Positions 39,729-48,788 of a DNA stretch of 58,163 bases are shown piece by piece. The position numbers were made by a program, and so were the translations under genes. Source of the DNA: an uncultured virus (IMG/VR IMGVR_UViG_3300035670_000050) (lineage: Duplodnaviria; Heunggongvirae; Uroviricota; Caudoviricetes); IMG/VR virus record IMGVR_UViG_3300035670_000050, positions 62,001 through 120,163 of that record, one strand, 5' to 3'. Positions within the stretch are counted from its first letter, which is position 1, and each line of letters opens with the position of its first letter. The notes under the pieces are model-generated. The model searched no databases. It was given only the letters and a program-made list of their open reading frames with translations, and was not told the origin of the DNA.

Positions 39729-39935
39729 ATGAGCGAGATACTAATGATAACAGATTTGCTCGACATGCGGGCAAGAAAACAACAAGAGCTAGAATTCTAT
39801 AATCAACAATTGAAAGAACTTCAGTTGAAAATGTTGTTCATTCAACAAGAAATAAGCTTAACAAGTAAGATTATAACTATGATAGAGCAAGAACAAATCA
39901 TAGACATAGCACTTCATATAAAGAAAACTACATGA
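39729..39935 (+). CDS. Small coiled-coil protein
   Basis: 68 aa; ATGA-coupled to gp3; would be nearly leaderless from the late promoter. Confidence 0.6.
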   Translation: MSEILMITDLLDMRARKQQELEFYNQQLKELQLKMLFIQQEISLTSKIITMIEQEQIIDIALHIKKTT

Positions 39936-40486
39936 CAGCAATAGTTAGAAATCCAAAAAATCCAAATCTATATCAATCAAACAAATTTCTTTTGTCGTTC
40001 GCAAGAGCGCCAAATTTACAATTCTTTTGCCAAACAATAAATGTACCAGGTATAGCAACATCTGAAGTGCCTCAAACAAATCCATTTGTTGAAATATATT
40101 TACCTGGAGAAAAACCAGTATACGATGTATTGAATATTACATTCTATGTTGACGAAGAACTAACAGCTTGGAAAGAAATACACGATTGGATTCGTGCAAT
40201 GACATTCCCATTTAACTATGATGAATATAAAGCATTGCCTCAATTAAATTCATATGCCAGATCAATCAACACAAGATTGCCTCAATATTCTGACGCAACA
40301 CTTACCTTATTGACTTCTTCTAATCAGCCAAGTATTCGTTTCAAATTCTATGATGTATTCCCCATTTCGGTATCATCATTTGTTGTTTCAACTACCGAAA
40401 GTCCAGATTCTATCATAACGGCAGATGCAACATTCCGTTTTACATTGTTTGATGTAGAAAAAGTAGAAACTGCAAATACTGCTTGA
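39932..40486 (+). CDS. gp3: Tail completion/tube terminator gp3
   Basis: 'P...FFCQ..N.PG', 'PG.K..Y..L...F.VDE.L..W.EI..W', 'SDATL'; usual position after gp23. Confidence 0.88.
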   Translation: MTAIVRNPKNPNLYQSNKFLLSFARAPNLQFFCQTINVPGIATSEVPQTNPFVEIYLPGEKPVYDVLNITFYVDEELTAWKEIHDWIRAMTFPFNYDEYKALPQLNSYARSINTRLPQYSDATLTLLTSSNQPSIRFKFYDVFPISVSSFVVSTTESPDSIITADATFRFTLFDVEKVETANTA

Positions 40487-40511
40487 CAACTAATATTGTT
40501 TATGTTATCCT
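40483..40511 (+). promoter_or_regulatory. Sigma70-type promoter for uvsY
   Basis: TTGACA-17 bp-TATCCT, then AGGAGG RBS. Confidence 0.7.
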
Positions 40512-40529
40512 ATAGATAGGAGGATAACT

Positions 40530-40964
40530 ATGGTTAAATTAAATGAACTTTTAGAGATGTGGGGTAAAGATAGTGAGATTGATCGTACTGAACCAGGTAA
40601 AGCACTTCTAGACATTCCAAAACTTCACAGTAAATATCTTAACATACTTTCTCATTATCGTCTAGCAATTCGTGACTCTGAGTTTAAGTATAACAAGATG
40701 AAGAAGTTAAAGTGGGAATACTATACTGGCAAATTAGATGATGCTCAACTGAAACAGTATGGTTGGGAACCATTTCCTTTTGTACTTAAATCCGATATCA
40801 CTACATACTTAGATAGTGATGAAGATATGAACAAGTACAAGGCTCAAAAAATTATGTATGAAGAAATCGTTGAGGTTTGCATCAGCATTATAAAAGAGCT
40901 AAATAGTAGAACATATCAATTGAGAGGATTCATAGAGTATGAAAAATTTATACAAGGTGTTTAA
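40530..40964 (+). CDS. uvsY: Recombination mediator UvsY
   Basis: 'W.KDS.ID', 'IPKLH.KYL', 'YY.GK', 'YL..D', 'R.YQ....I..EKF..G'. Confidence 0.9.
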   Translation: MVKLNELLEMWGKDSEIDRTEPGKALLDIPKLHSKYLNILSHYRLAIRDSEFKYNKMKKLKWEYYTGKLDDAQLKQYGWEPFPFVLKSDITTYLDSDEDMNKYKAQKIMYEEIVEVCISIIKELNSRTYQLRGFIEYEKFIQGV

Positions 40965-42434
40965 TTGGCAGATTTAGTTCTACATAAAATAAATGAGTCT
41001 TACATACGCATAGAATGTGAGAAACATTTTGCTCAAGAGTTACATCAATACTTTTCTTTTAGAGTACCAGGATTTCAATTTGTACCTGCATACAAAAATA
41101 AAATGTGGGATGGATACATTCGTCTGTTTTCATTACGAGAACAGACTTTGTATTTTGGATTAGTACCGTATGTTGAAAAATTTTGTAAAGAAAGAGAATA
41201 CACATTAGAAATAGATTCTGATGTGTCAACTACTGAGAATTATTCGTTAGTTGAAGCAAAAGCATTTATCGATACATTAAATATACCACATGAAGTTCGT
41301 GACTATCAATTAAAATCTTTTGTACATTCTGTAAGAAACAAAAGAATGTTGCTCGTATCTCCTACGGCATCAGGTAAATCACTTATCATATATCTAATTG
41401 TAAGATACCTATTAGAGGCTGACTACAAGAAAGGCCTGTTGATTGTACCAACAACTTCTCTTGTTGAACAGATGTTTAAAGATTTTTCATCATACGGTTT
41501 TGATTCAGATGAATATTGCCATAGATTGTATTCAGGTAAAGATCGCACGATAGATAAGTTTCTTACTATATCTACATGGCAATCTATCTACAAAAATGAT
41601 CCTGAATATTTTGAACAGTTTGATTTTGTTCTTGGTGACGAAGCACACCAGTTCAAAGCAAAATCACTTACCACTATTCTAACAGGTTGCACTAATGCCA
41701 AATATAGAATTGGCACAACAGGTACACTTGATGGAACACAAACACATAGACTCGTACTAGAAGGATTGTTTGGGCCTGTATATCAATCAACAACAACTTC
41801 AGAATTGATTGAACAAAAACATTTGGCAGATTTTAAGATCAAGTGTTTAATACTTAAGTACCCAGAAGAAATTTGCAAACAAGCAACGAAATGGGACTAT
41901 CAAACAGAGATTAACTACATAGTAAGTAACACTAAAAGAAATGAATTCATTAAGAATTTAACTCTTTCTTTAGAAGGCAATACACTTGTGTTGTTTAATC
42001 TTGTAGATAAACATGGCAGACAATTACACTCATTGATTAAAGAAGCCGCAAGTAAAAGACATGTATTTTTTGTGTTTGGAGGCACAGATGTCGAAGTCAG
42101 AGAATCAGTCAGAGAAATCACAGAAAAAGAAAACAATGCAATCATTGTGGCATCTTATGGAACATTCAGCACAGGTATTAACATTCGTAATCTTCACAAC
42201 ATTGTTTTTGCTTCTCCTTCCAAGTCTCGTATCCGTAATCTTCAGTCCATAGGTCGTGGGCTTCGTAAAGGTGATAACAAAGAAGAAGCAACTTTATTTG
42301 ATATCACAGATGATTTTCGTATAGGCAAATATGCCAATTACACCTTGAAACATTTCATTGCTAGGTGTATAATCTATGATGAAGAGAAGTTCAATTATAA
42401 ATTTTACAACATAGAGTTAAAAGATGGAAAATAA
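40965..42434 (+). CDS. uvsW: RNA-DNA/DNA helicase UvsW
   Basis: TTG start; 'RDYQ', 'SPTASGKS', 'DEAH', 'GTTGT', 'LQSIGRGLR'. Confidence 0.96.
   Translation: MADLVLHKINESYIRIECEKHFAQELHQYFSFRVPGFQFVPAYKNKMWDGYIRLFSLREQTLYFGLVPYVEKFCKEREYTLEIDSDVSTTENYSLVEAKAFIDTLNIPHEVRDYQLKSFVHSVRNKRMLLVSPTASGKSLIIYLIVRYLLEADYKKGLLIVPTTSLVEQMFKDFSSYGFDSDEYCHRLYSGKDRTIDKFLTISTWQSIYKNDPEYFEQFDFVLGDEAHQFKAKSLTTILTGCTNAKYRIGTTGTLDGTQTHRLVLEGLFGPVYQSTTTSELIEQKHLADFKIKCLILKYPEEICKQATKWDYQTEINYIVSNTKRNEFIKNLTLSLEGNTLVLFNLVDKHGRQLHSLIKEAASKRHVFFVFGGTDVEVRESVREITEKENNAIIVASYGTFSTGINIRNLHNIVFASPSKSRIRNLQSIGRGLRKGDNKEEATLFDITDDFRIGKYANYTLKHFIARCIIYDEEKFNYKFYNIELKDGK
42345..42373 (+). promoter_or_regulatory. Internal sigma70-type promoter in the uvsW 3' end
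   Basis: TTGAAA-17 bp-TATAAT about 50 nt before the next start. Confidence 0.6.
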
Positions 42435-42855
42435 CATAAAAATAGTTCGACTACAATCTGGTGAAGATATCATTGCAAATTATTCTGATGATAAAGATAA
42501 TGATATGGTTCTACTAGATAAGCCAATGCATGTTGTCTTTAAAAGATTACCTACTGGTAAAACTGTTATGATGATGATGCCTTGGTTACCTGTTGAACTC
42601 ATTAAAGAGAATTCAGCAATTATTGATGCATCTGACATTCTTACTATTGTAGAACCAAGAGATGAACTTGTTTCTTATTATATCAATGCAGCTTTTCAAA
42701 CAGAAGAACTACTTGGGGATGAACAGATTGGTGAATCTTTAATGATGTCTGATGAAGAAGATGAAGATGAGTACTACGATGAGGAAGAACAACAACTAAC
42801 TTTAGAAGAGATGCAAGAGATAATGAAAGAGCAAAAGAATAATAAGCTACATTAA
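42424..42855 (+). CDS. Conserved T4-like protein (Sm-like fold) with acidic tail
   Basis: 'KIVRL.SGEDIIA', 'PW.P'; usual uvsW-gp55 position. Confidence 0.7.
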   Translation: MENNIKIVRLQSGEDIIANYSDDKDNDMVLLDKPMHVVFKRLPTGKTVMMMMPWLPVELIKENSAIIDASDILTIVEPRDELVSYYINAAFQTEELLGDEQIGESLMMSDEEDEDEYYDEEEQQLTLEEMQEIMKEQKNNKLH

Positions 42856-42875
42856 TTTTCAAACGGGACACCCAG

Positions 42876-42904
42876 ACTATAACACCTGTCAAGCTCCATG
42901 TCAA
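42876..42904 (-). promoter_or_regulatory. Antisense sigma70-type promoter
   Basis: Minus strand TTGACA(42904-42899)-17 bp-TATAGT(42881-42876), intergenic. Confidence 0.65.
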
Positions 42905-42931
42905 CAACATTTAACCAAGATTGCCTATATC

Positions 42932-43438
42932 ATGAGTAGAAAAACAAATCATTACATTAACAACCCAGACTTCCTAAAAGCCCTTATAGATTACAAAGAG
43001 GCATGTACTGTAGCTGAAAAAGAGAATAGACCAGACCCACCTATACCAAATTATATTGGTGAATGTTTTCTAAAGATAGCTGATCACCTTTCTCGTAAAC
43101 CAAATTTTGTATCCTATTCTTTTAGAGATGAAATGATTTCAGATGGTATAGAAAATTGCCTTATGTACTTTCGTAACTTTAACCCGGCAAAGAGTAACAA
43201 TCCATTTGCATATTTTACTCAAATCATATATTATGCTTTTCTAAGAAGAATAGTTAGAGAAAAAAAGCAACTATATGTCAAGTATAAGGCAACAGAACAA
43301 TTTGGCATATTTGATGAAATGGAAATGTTTGAAGACGCAGATGGCCATATGCAACAGTTTCAACTTTATGACAACATCTCTGAATTCATTCATAACTTTG
43401 AAGAAGCAAAAGAAAACAAAAAGAAACAAAAAGCATGA
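42932..43438 (+). CDS. gp55: Late-transcription sigma factor gp55
   Basis: 'HY.NN..F', 'YIG.CFLKIA..LS.KPNF..Y..R.EMI.DGIENC', 'NPFAYFTQI.YYAFLRRI..EK'. Confidence 0.96.
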   Translation: MSRKTNHYINNPDFLKALIDYKEACTVAEKENRPDPPIPNYIGECFLKIADHLSRKPNFVSYSFRDEMISDGIENCLMYFRNFNPAKSNNPFAYFTQIIYYAFLRRIVREKKQLYVKYKATEQFGIFDEMEMFEDADGHMQQFQLYDNISEFIHNFEEAKENKKKQKA

Positions 43439-43451
43439 ATAGGAAAATATT

Positions 43452-43652
43452 ATGGATAAAGAAAAACTTGAACATCATCTGGTACACTTAGAGAAAGTAC
43501 ATCGTGAACTAGATGCCGAAATAATTAAAGAAGAAAAACATTATGGTAATGATGCACTTGTTACCTCAATGAAGAAAAAGAAGTTGCAATTAAAAACAGA
43601 AATTGAACATTTGAAGACACAATTACAACATGAAACTTTGTATACTCGGTGA
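43452..43652 (+). CDS. DUF465/YdcH-like small helical protein
   Basis: 'H..LD.EI........L...KKKKL.LK.EI'. Confidence 0.7.
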   Translation: MDKEKLEHHLVHLEKVHRELDAEIIKEEKHYGNDALVTSMKKKKLQLKTEIEHLKTQLQHETLYTR

Positions 43653-44700
43653 CACACACTTTGGGGCTAGAGGTGATTCGTTAGACTTTCACAATTACTT
43701 CAAAAAATTTTATGATGAGATATTCTTTCCTTATCTAAAGGCAAATGATATTGAAGTTATATTTCAGATGGGTGATTTGTTTGATCGCAGAAAATTCATC
43801 AACTTCAATACACTACATCTCTGCCGTAGATACTTTTTTGATCGTTGTGAAAATCTTGGCATCAAACTACATACACTACTTGGCAATCACGATGTTGCAT
43901 TTAAAAATACACTTGAGGTAAACTCAACTGGTCTATTGTTAAATGAATACCAGTGTATCAAATACTATGACGTTTTTGATACCGTAGAATTTGATGGTGT
44001 GCCGATTGATATCGTACCTTGGATGTGTGACGAGAATGAGAAACAAATCTTTCAGAAAATGAAAAAAACAAAGTCTGAGATATGTTTTGGTCACTTTGAG
44101 ATTGCAGGCTTTGAAATGGATAAAGGCAATGTTTGTGATCATGGGCTTGACAAAAAGGTTCTTTCCAAGTATGATATAGTTCTGTCTGGGCATTTTCATC
44201 ACAAATCTACAGACGGTAATATTACCTATGTTGGTACGCCATACGAAATGACATGGGCAGATCACAATGATCCAAAAGGGTTTCATATATTTGATACTGC
44301 TACTAGAGAGATGCAGTTTGTGAAGAATACTAATACTATGTTTAATAAAGTAGTATATGATGACACTAAAACAGACTTTGAATCTTGGAAGAATTATGAT
44401 TTCTCGTCACTCAAAGATACCTATGTGAAAGTTGTTGTAGTGAATAAACAAAACCCATTTCTCTTTGATCATGTAGTAGATTTGATTTACAAAACTGGTG
44501 TGGCTGATTTGTCTATTGTTGAAGACTTTAATGATCTGATTCTAGAAGACGATCAAGAACTAATAGATCAGGCAGAAGATACTCTAACTATTATAAATAA
44601 GGTAATAGACAATTTGACGGAAGATATTGATCCAAAAAAAATGAAGTCTATTATAAAAGAAATATACTTAGAGGCTTTAAATGTCGATCAAAACTCATAA
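43630..44700 (+). CDS. gp47: Recombination endonuclease subunit gp47 (Mre11/SbcD-like)
   Basis: 'DTHFG', 'GDLFD.R', 'GNHD', 'GHFE', 'SGHFH'. Confidence 0.95.
   Translation: MKLCILGDTHFGARGDSLDFHNYFKKFYDEIFFPYLKANDIEVIFQMGDLFDRRKFINFNTLHLCRRYFFDRCENLGIKLHTLLGNHDVAFKNTLEVNSTGLLLNEYQCIKYYDVFDTVEFDGVPIDIVPWMCDENEKQIFQKMKKTKSEICFGHFEIAGFEMDKGNVCDHGLDKKVLSKYDIVLSGHFHHKSTDGNITYVGTPYEMTWADHNDPKGFHIFDTATREMQFVKNTNTMFNKVVYDDTKTDFESWKNYDFSSLKDTYVKVVVVNKQNPFLFDHVVDLIYKTGVADLSIVEDFNDLILEDDQELIDQAEDTLTIINKVIDNLTEDIDPKKMKSIIKEIYLEALNVDQNS
44147..44175 (+). promoter_or_regulatory. Internal sigma70-type promoter within gp47
   Basis: TTGACA-17 bp-TATGAT. Confidence 0.5.
44592..44599 (+). promoter_or_regulatory. 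Late promoter inside gp47, probably for the HNH endonuclease
   Basis: Exact TATAAATA about 80 nt upstream of the ATG at 44681. Confidence 0.6.
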
Positions 44701-45325
44701 ACATCATATTATACCTAAACATATGGGTGGAACCGATGACCCATCAAATATTGTTGAATTGACAATAGAAGAACACGCTGAAGCACATAAATTGCTTTGG
44801 GAAAATCATGGATGTTGGCAAGATGAAATTGCTTGGAAAGCTTTGAGTGGAAGAATAGGAAAAGAAGATATAATCAGAGAAATTCAAAGAAAAACGCATT
44901 TGGGAAAAAAGAAAAAACCTGAAGCAATAGAAAAAATTGTTAAAAAACTAACTGGCAAAAAACAAAAACCAGAAACAATAGAAAAGAGAAGAAATAAATT
45001 AATAGGACAAAAAAGAAATTTTACTGATGAATGGAAAGAAAATATTTCAAAAGGAAAAAAAGGTCAAAAACCTTGGATTGCTGGCAAAAAACATTCTGAA
45101 GAATCTAAAGAAAAAAATAGATTGGCACATTTAGGACACACATACAATAGAGGACGAATTCATTCTGATAAATCAAGAACAAATATGAGTAATGCCCACA
45201 AAGGTCAAATACCCTATAATAAAGGATTAAAATATGAAACTATTGAATGTCCACATTGTAAAAAAACTGGTGGTTCTAACTCGATGAAAAGATATCATTT
45301 TGATAATTGTAAAAATAAAATATGA
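44681..45325 (+). mobile_element. Free-standing HNH homing endonuclease (Mob-like) with NUMOD3 repeats
   Basis: 'HKHHIIPKHMGGTDD.SN...LT.EEH..AH..L', 'GKKHSEESKEK', C-terminal 'CPHC...RYHF.NCK'; inserted between gp47 and gp46. Confidence 0.88.
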
Positions 45326-47034
45326 TTATATTCCGAACAATTAAATGGAAAAACTTACTATCAACAGGCAATCACTTTACAGAAGTTAATCTTAACACTA
45401 ACGCCAATACATTGATAGTGGGTTCAAATGGATCAGGTAAGTCAACCTTACTTGATGCATTGTGTTTTGCATTGTTCGGTAAAGCCTTTCGCAATATCAA
45501 CAAACCTAATCTGATTAATTCAATCAATGGTAAAGATTGTGTTGTAGAGTTAGAGTTTAATACCAATAACAAGTCATATAAAATTGTTCGTGGTATTAAA
45601 CCAAATGTTTTTGAAATCTACTGCAACAATGAACTACTGAATCAAGATGCGGCATCTAGAGACTATCAAGAATACCTTGAACGATTTGTACTGAAACTAA
45701 ACTACAAATCATTTACACAGATCGTAATTCTTGGTTCAGCTTCATTCACACCTTTCATGCAATTGTCTGCATCAGATCGCCGTGCAATCATTGAAGACTT
45801 GTTAGACATTCAAATCTTTTCTACAATGAATTCTTTGGTGAAAGAAAGACTGTCTGCCAATAAAACTTTGATTGTTGATTTAAAGCATGAACTTGAATTG
45901 AACAAACAGAAGTATGATCTACAGAAGAAACATCTAGATCAATTGAAACAAAACAATGAAGACAAGGTGAAAGAATATGAAAGTGAGATTGAATGTCATA
46001 GCAATACCGTATCCTCCTTACTCGAAACTGTTGCAACACTTACCCAACAGACAAGAGGATTGCAATTGGTTACTGCAAGTAAAATTGACACAGAGGCTAA
46101 AGTCAAGAAAATTACAAAACTTGAATCGCAGATTGAAAGCAACTTATCCAAATTTCAGAAAGATATCAGTTTCTTTCAGACACATGATAATTGCCCAACA
46201 TGTAGGCAAACCATTGCCAGTGAATTTAAAGAGGAAGAACTTAATGATCTCTCCGCTAAAGTCACTAGTTGCAAACATGGTCTCTCAGAACTCGAAAAGA
46301 AACTGAATGAAGAACAGACTAAGTTAAACGAGATTGCTGATATTCAGAAAGAGATAACTGAGAAACAAGTAGAGATTGCAAAGACAAATACAACAATCAC
46401 TGAGACAAATAAATTGATTGATCGTTTGAGAAAAATGATTGCTGATCTTAAAGCAACGTCAGTATCGTCCACGCAAGAAGAACAACTGCTGCAAGAACTA
46501 CGGGAGAGTTTGATAAAACAGCAATCGCACTTAAAAGAATTATTGCAAGAAAATACATATTATGAGGTATCCTCTAATTTGTTAAAAGATACTGGTATCA
46601 AAACCAAAATCATAAAACAGTACTTGCCAGTAATCAATAAGTTAGTAAACAAGTATTTATCGTCACTAGATTTCTTTGTAAACTTTAACCTTGATGAATC
46701 GTTTAAAGAATCAATTAAGTCCAGACATCGTGACGATTTTTCGTACCATAACTTTTCTGAGGGTGAGAAACAAAGAATTGATATGGCATTGATGTTGACT
46801 TGGCGTGCTGTAGCTAAACTGAAGAATTCTGCAAATACAAATCTACTGATACTAGATGAGACATTTGATTCTTCACTTGATGCAAACGGCACAGAAGAGT
46901 TGATGAAGTTGTTACATATGTTAGAAGGTGTAAATATCTTTGTGATATCGCATAAAGGTGATATACTACAAGATAAGTTTAGTAATGTAATTCGTTTTGA
47001 GAAGGTAAAGAATTTTTCAAAGATAATAAAATGA
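45322..47034 (+). CDS. gp46: Recombination endonuclease subunit gp46 (Rad50/SbcC-like)
   Basis: Walker A 'GSNGSGKST', zinc hook 'CPTC', signature 'FSEGEK.RID', 'LILDE.FDSSLD'. Confidence 0.96.
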   Translation: MIIFRTIKWKNLLSTGNHFTEVNLNTNANTLIVGSNGSGKSTLLDALCFALFGKAFRNINKPNLINSINGKDCVVELEFNTNNKSYKIVRGIKPNVFEIYCNNELLNQDAASRDYQEYLERFVLKLNYKSFTQIVILGSASFTPFMQLSASDRRAIIEDLLDIQIFSTMNSLVKERLSANKTLIVDLKHELELNKQKYDLQKKHLDQLKQNNEDKVKEYESEIECHSNTVSSLLETVATLTQQTRGLQLVTASKIDTEAKVKKITKLESQIESNLSKFQKDISFFQTHDNCPTCRQTIASEFKEEELNDLSAKVTSCKHGLSELEKKLNEEQTKLNEIADIQKEITEKQVEIAKTNTTITETNKLIDRLRKMIADLKATSVSSTQEEQLLQELRESLIKQQSHLKELLQENTYYEVSSNLLKDTGIKTKIIKQYLPVINKLVNKYLSSLDFFVNFNLDESFKESIKSRHRDDFSYHNFSEGEKQRIDMALMLTWRAVAKLKNSANTNLLILDETFDSSLDANGTEELMKLLHMLEGVNIFVISHKGDILQDKFSNVIRFEKVKNFSKIIK

Positions 47035-47600
47035 GTGAAATTTTAACAATTGATACTTCTGAAGAAGTAGTTAAGAAACAAGAGACAATAGAACCATTAC
47101 CTTTATATGGTGAAAACTATGTAATGTTAGATGATGAGATACCTGAGTATACAGATCAGTTACCTAATCCTGTAATGAATAAATTGATTGCACGATTGAA
47201 GATGACGATGAAACTGTATGGTGGTGTTGGTCTTTCTGCAAATCAATGTGGTGTATATGAAAGAGTGTTTGTAATTGGTACAGATCAGTTTCAGATGGCG
47301 TGTATCAATCCAAAAGTACTAGAAGTTTCTGGTGGAGTTGCCAAGGACAATGAAGGTTGTCTTTCTTTTCCAGGTTTGTTTTTGAAAGTAGAGAGGCCTG
47401 TGTCTGTACATGCAGAATATATTGATGAACAAGGACAAGTACAAAGGAAATGGCTTGACGGTTTGACTGCAAGATGTTACCTTCATGAACTAGATCATAT
47501 GAACGGTGTTAAGTTTACTTCTAAAGTAGGTAAAGTTTCTCTTTCTCAAGGTCGTAGGAAACAAACCAAGATAATTAAAAGGGCACAGAGACGCAAATGA
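47031..47600 (+). CDS. def: Peptide deformylase
   Basis: 'GVGLSANQ', 'EGCLS', 'HELDH..G'. Confidence 0.93.
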   Translation: MSEILTIDTSEEVVKKQETIEPLPLYGENYVMLDDEIPEYTDQLPNPVMNKLIARLKMTMKLYGGVGLSANQCGVYERVFVIGTDQFQMACINPKVLEVSGGVAKDNEGCLSFPGLFLKVERPVSVHAEYIDEQGQVQRKWLDGLTARCYLHELDHMNGVKFTSKVGKVSLSQGRRKQTKIIKRAQRRK

Positions 47601-48205
47601 AAAGGCCAGTTGCTAAAAAATTAAATATACCAAAGTATGAAGGTGATGATAAACTTGATATTGCTGTAAAGTATATTGAAAACATGTCTCTGTCTTTAGT
47701 TAAGACAAAATACAATGATGGTAATTGGGAAGCTATCTCGTTGAGAGGTTATAGTTCTGATCCAGAAAATATTTTAAAACCTGGTGTATTAAAGTCAGGT
47801 ATTGATGAATCAGAACTACAAGATACTTCTCTGAGAAGATTACCAGAGATGCAAGCCTTAAATGAAATACTATATAAAATACCTGCAACCTTTGAACGAG
47901 TTCGTGTGATGCGTTTGAAGGCAGGTACTAAGATAGAAAAACATACCGATAAGATAGATAAGAGTATTGGATTTGATGATGGACAAATTGTTCGTATACA
48001 CATTCCAATCAAAACTGATCCCAAAGTTATCTTCTCTTTGTATGAAGGAAAAGAAAAGATCGACTTCTTTTTTGAGAAAGGCCATTACTACTATGCAGAT
48101 GTGACCAAAGCTCATGAAGTACATAACACATGGGATCAAGATCGACTACATTTAGTAGTCGACTGCTATTCAAACCCAACAATTAGGAAATTAATTCTAG
48201 AATGA
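47597..48205 (+). CDS. Asp/Asn-beta-hydroxylase-like 2OG-Fe(II) dioxygenase
   Basis: 'W..ISLR', 'RVR.M.L..G..I..H.D', 'RIHIPI.T', 'H.V.N.....R.HLV.D'. Confidence 0.8.
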   Translation: MKRPVAKKLNIPKYEGDDKLDIAVKYIENMSLSLVKTKYNDGNWEAISLRGYSSDPENILKPGVLKSGIDESELQDTSLRRLPEMQALNEILYKIPATFERVRVMRLKAGTKIEKHTDKIDKSIGFDDGQIVRIHIPIKTDPKVIFSLYEGKEKIDFFFEKGHYYYADVTKAHEVHNTWDQDRLHLVVDCYSNPTIRKLILE

Positions 48206-48666
48206 AAATTGCAACACTTGAAAATTTAGATTCTGTAAAACTTACTTTTGCACCATATCAAAAAACATATTTTCCACACATTCGTTCTGATTACATTGCA
48301 AGAAAGATTCAAAGTGGTAATGTGGTTTATGAAGATGGAGTAGTGATCATCTTTGGTGTGTATAAAAGAAAACAAAAGATAGGCAACACTGAAGCTCAAA
48401 AAGGTGATGCACACATTGGTCAAATTGTTACCTTAGAACAAGGCAATGGTGTTGCGTCTAAAGTATTACAAAAATTTTTTGCCGAAATGAAAACGAATGT
48501 TTGGCTTACAGTTCGTGCCGAAAATCTTAGAGCAAGATTGTTCTATGGTAAAAACGGTATGAAAGAAGTCGGCATGATTAGTTGGTCTGACGGTAAGATA
48601 CCAGGTGTTGTCTACCTCTATTCATCTCCAGCACATGCTGATTTTTCTTCGGTAACTACTGGTTGA
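48202..48666 (+). CDS. GNAT-family acetyltransferase
   Basis: 'QG.G.A..VL' acetyl-CoA motif and 'L.VR..N..A..FY.K.G'. Confidence 0.75.
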   Translation: MKIATLENLDSVKLTFAPYQKTYFPHIRSDYIARKIQSGNVVYEDGVVIIFGVYKRKQKIGNTEAQKGDAHIGQIVTLEQGNGVASKVLQKFFAEMKTNVWLTVRAENLRARLFYGKNGMKEVGMISWSDGKIPGVVYLYSSPAHADFSSVTTG

Positions 48667-48731
48667 TTAATTACTACCGGTGGTGGTGCTTGCGTTGTGT
48701 TCAACAATAGTGTTATAATGAGTGAGTTCAT
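48618..48731 (-). CDS. Unannotated 37-aa antisense peptide MNSLIITLLLNTTQAPPPVVINQPVVTEEKSACAGDE
   Basis: AGGAGG RBS 5 nt before the ATG; TATACATA late-promoter-like box upstream (48757-48750). Confidence 0.5.
   Translation of the reverse strand: MNSLIITLLLNTTQAPPPVVINQPVVTEEKSACAGDE
48690..48719 (+). promoter_or_regulatory. Extended -10 sigma70-type promoter for the methyltransferase
   Basis: TTGCGT-18 bp-TATAAT with TGn extension (TGTTATAAT). Confidence 0.5.
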
Positions 48732-48788
48732 TTGTTCCTCCTAAATAATTATGTATAAAAAAATGACACAACCAGAAGTGATATAGAT

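Noticed and set aside
27870..47034. Introns, inteins or stop-codon reassignment in core genes
   Set aside because: gp17, gp20, gp23, uvsW and gp46 are uninterrupted and of normal length in the standard code.
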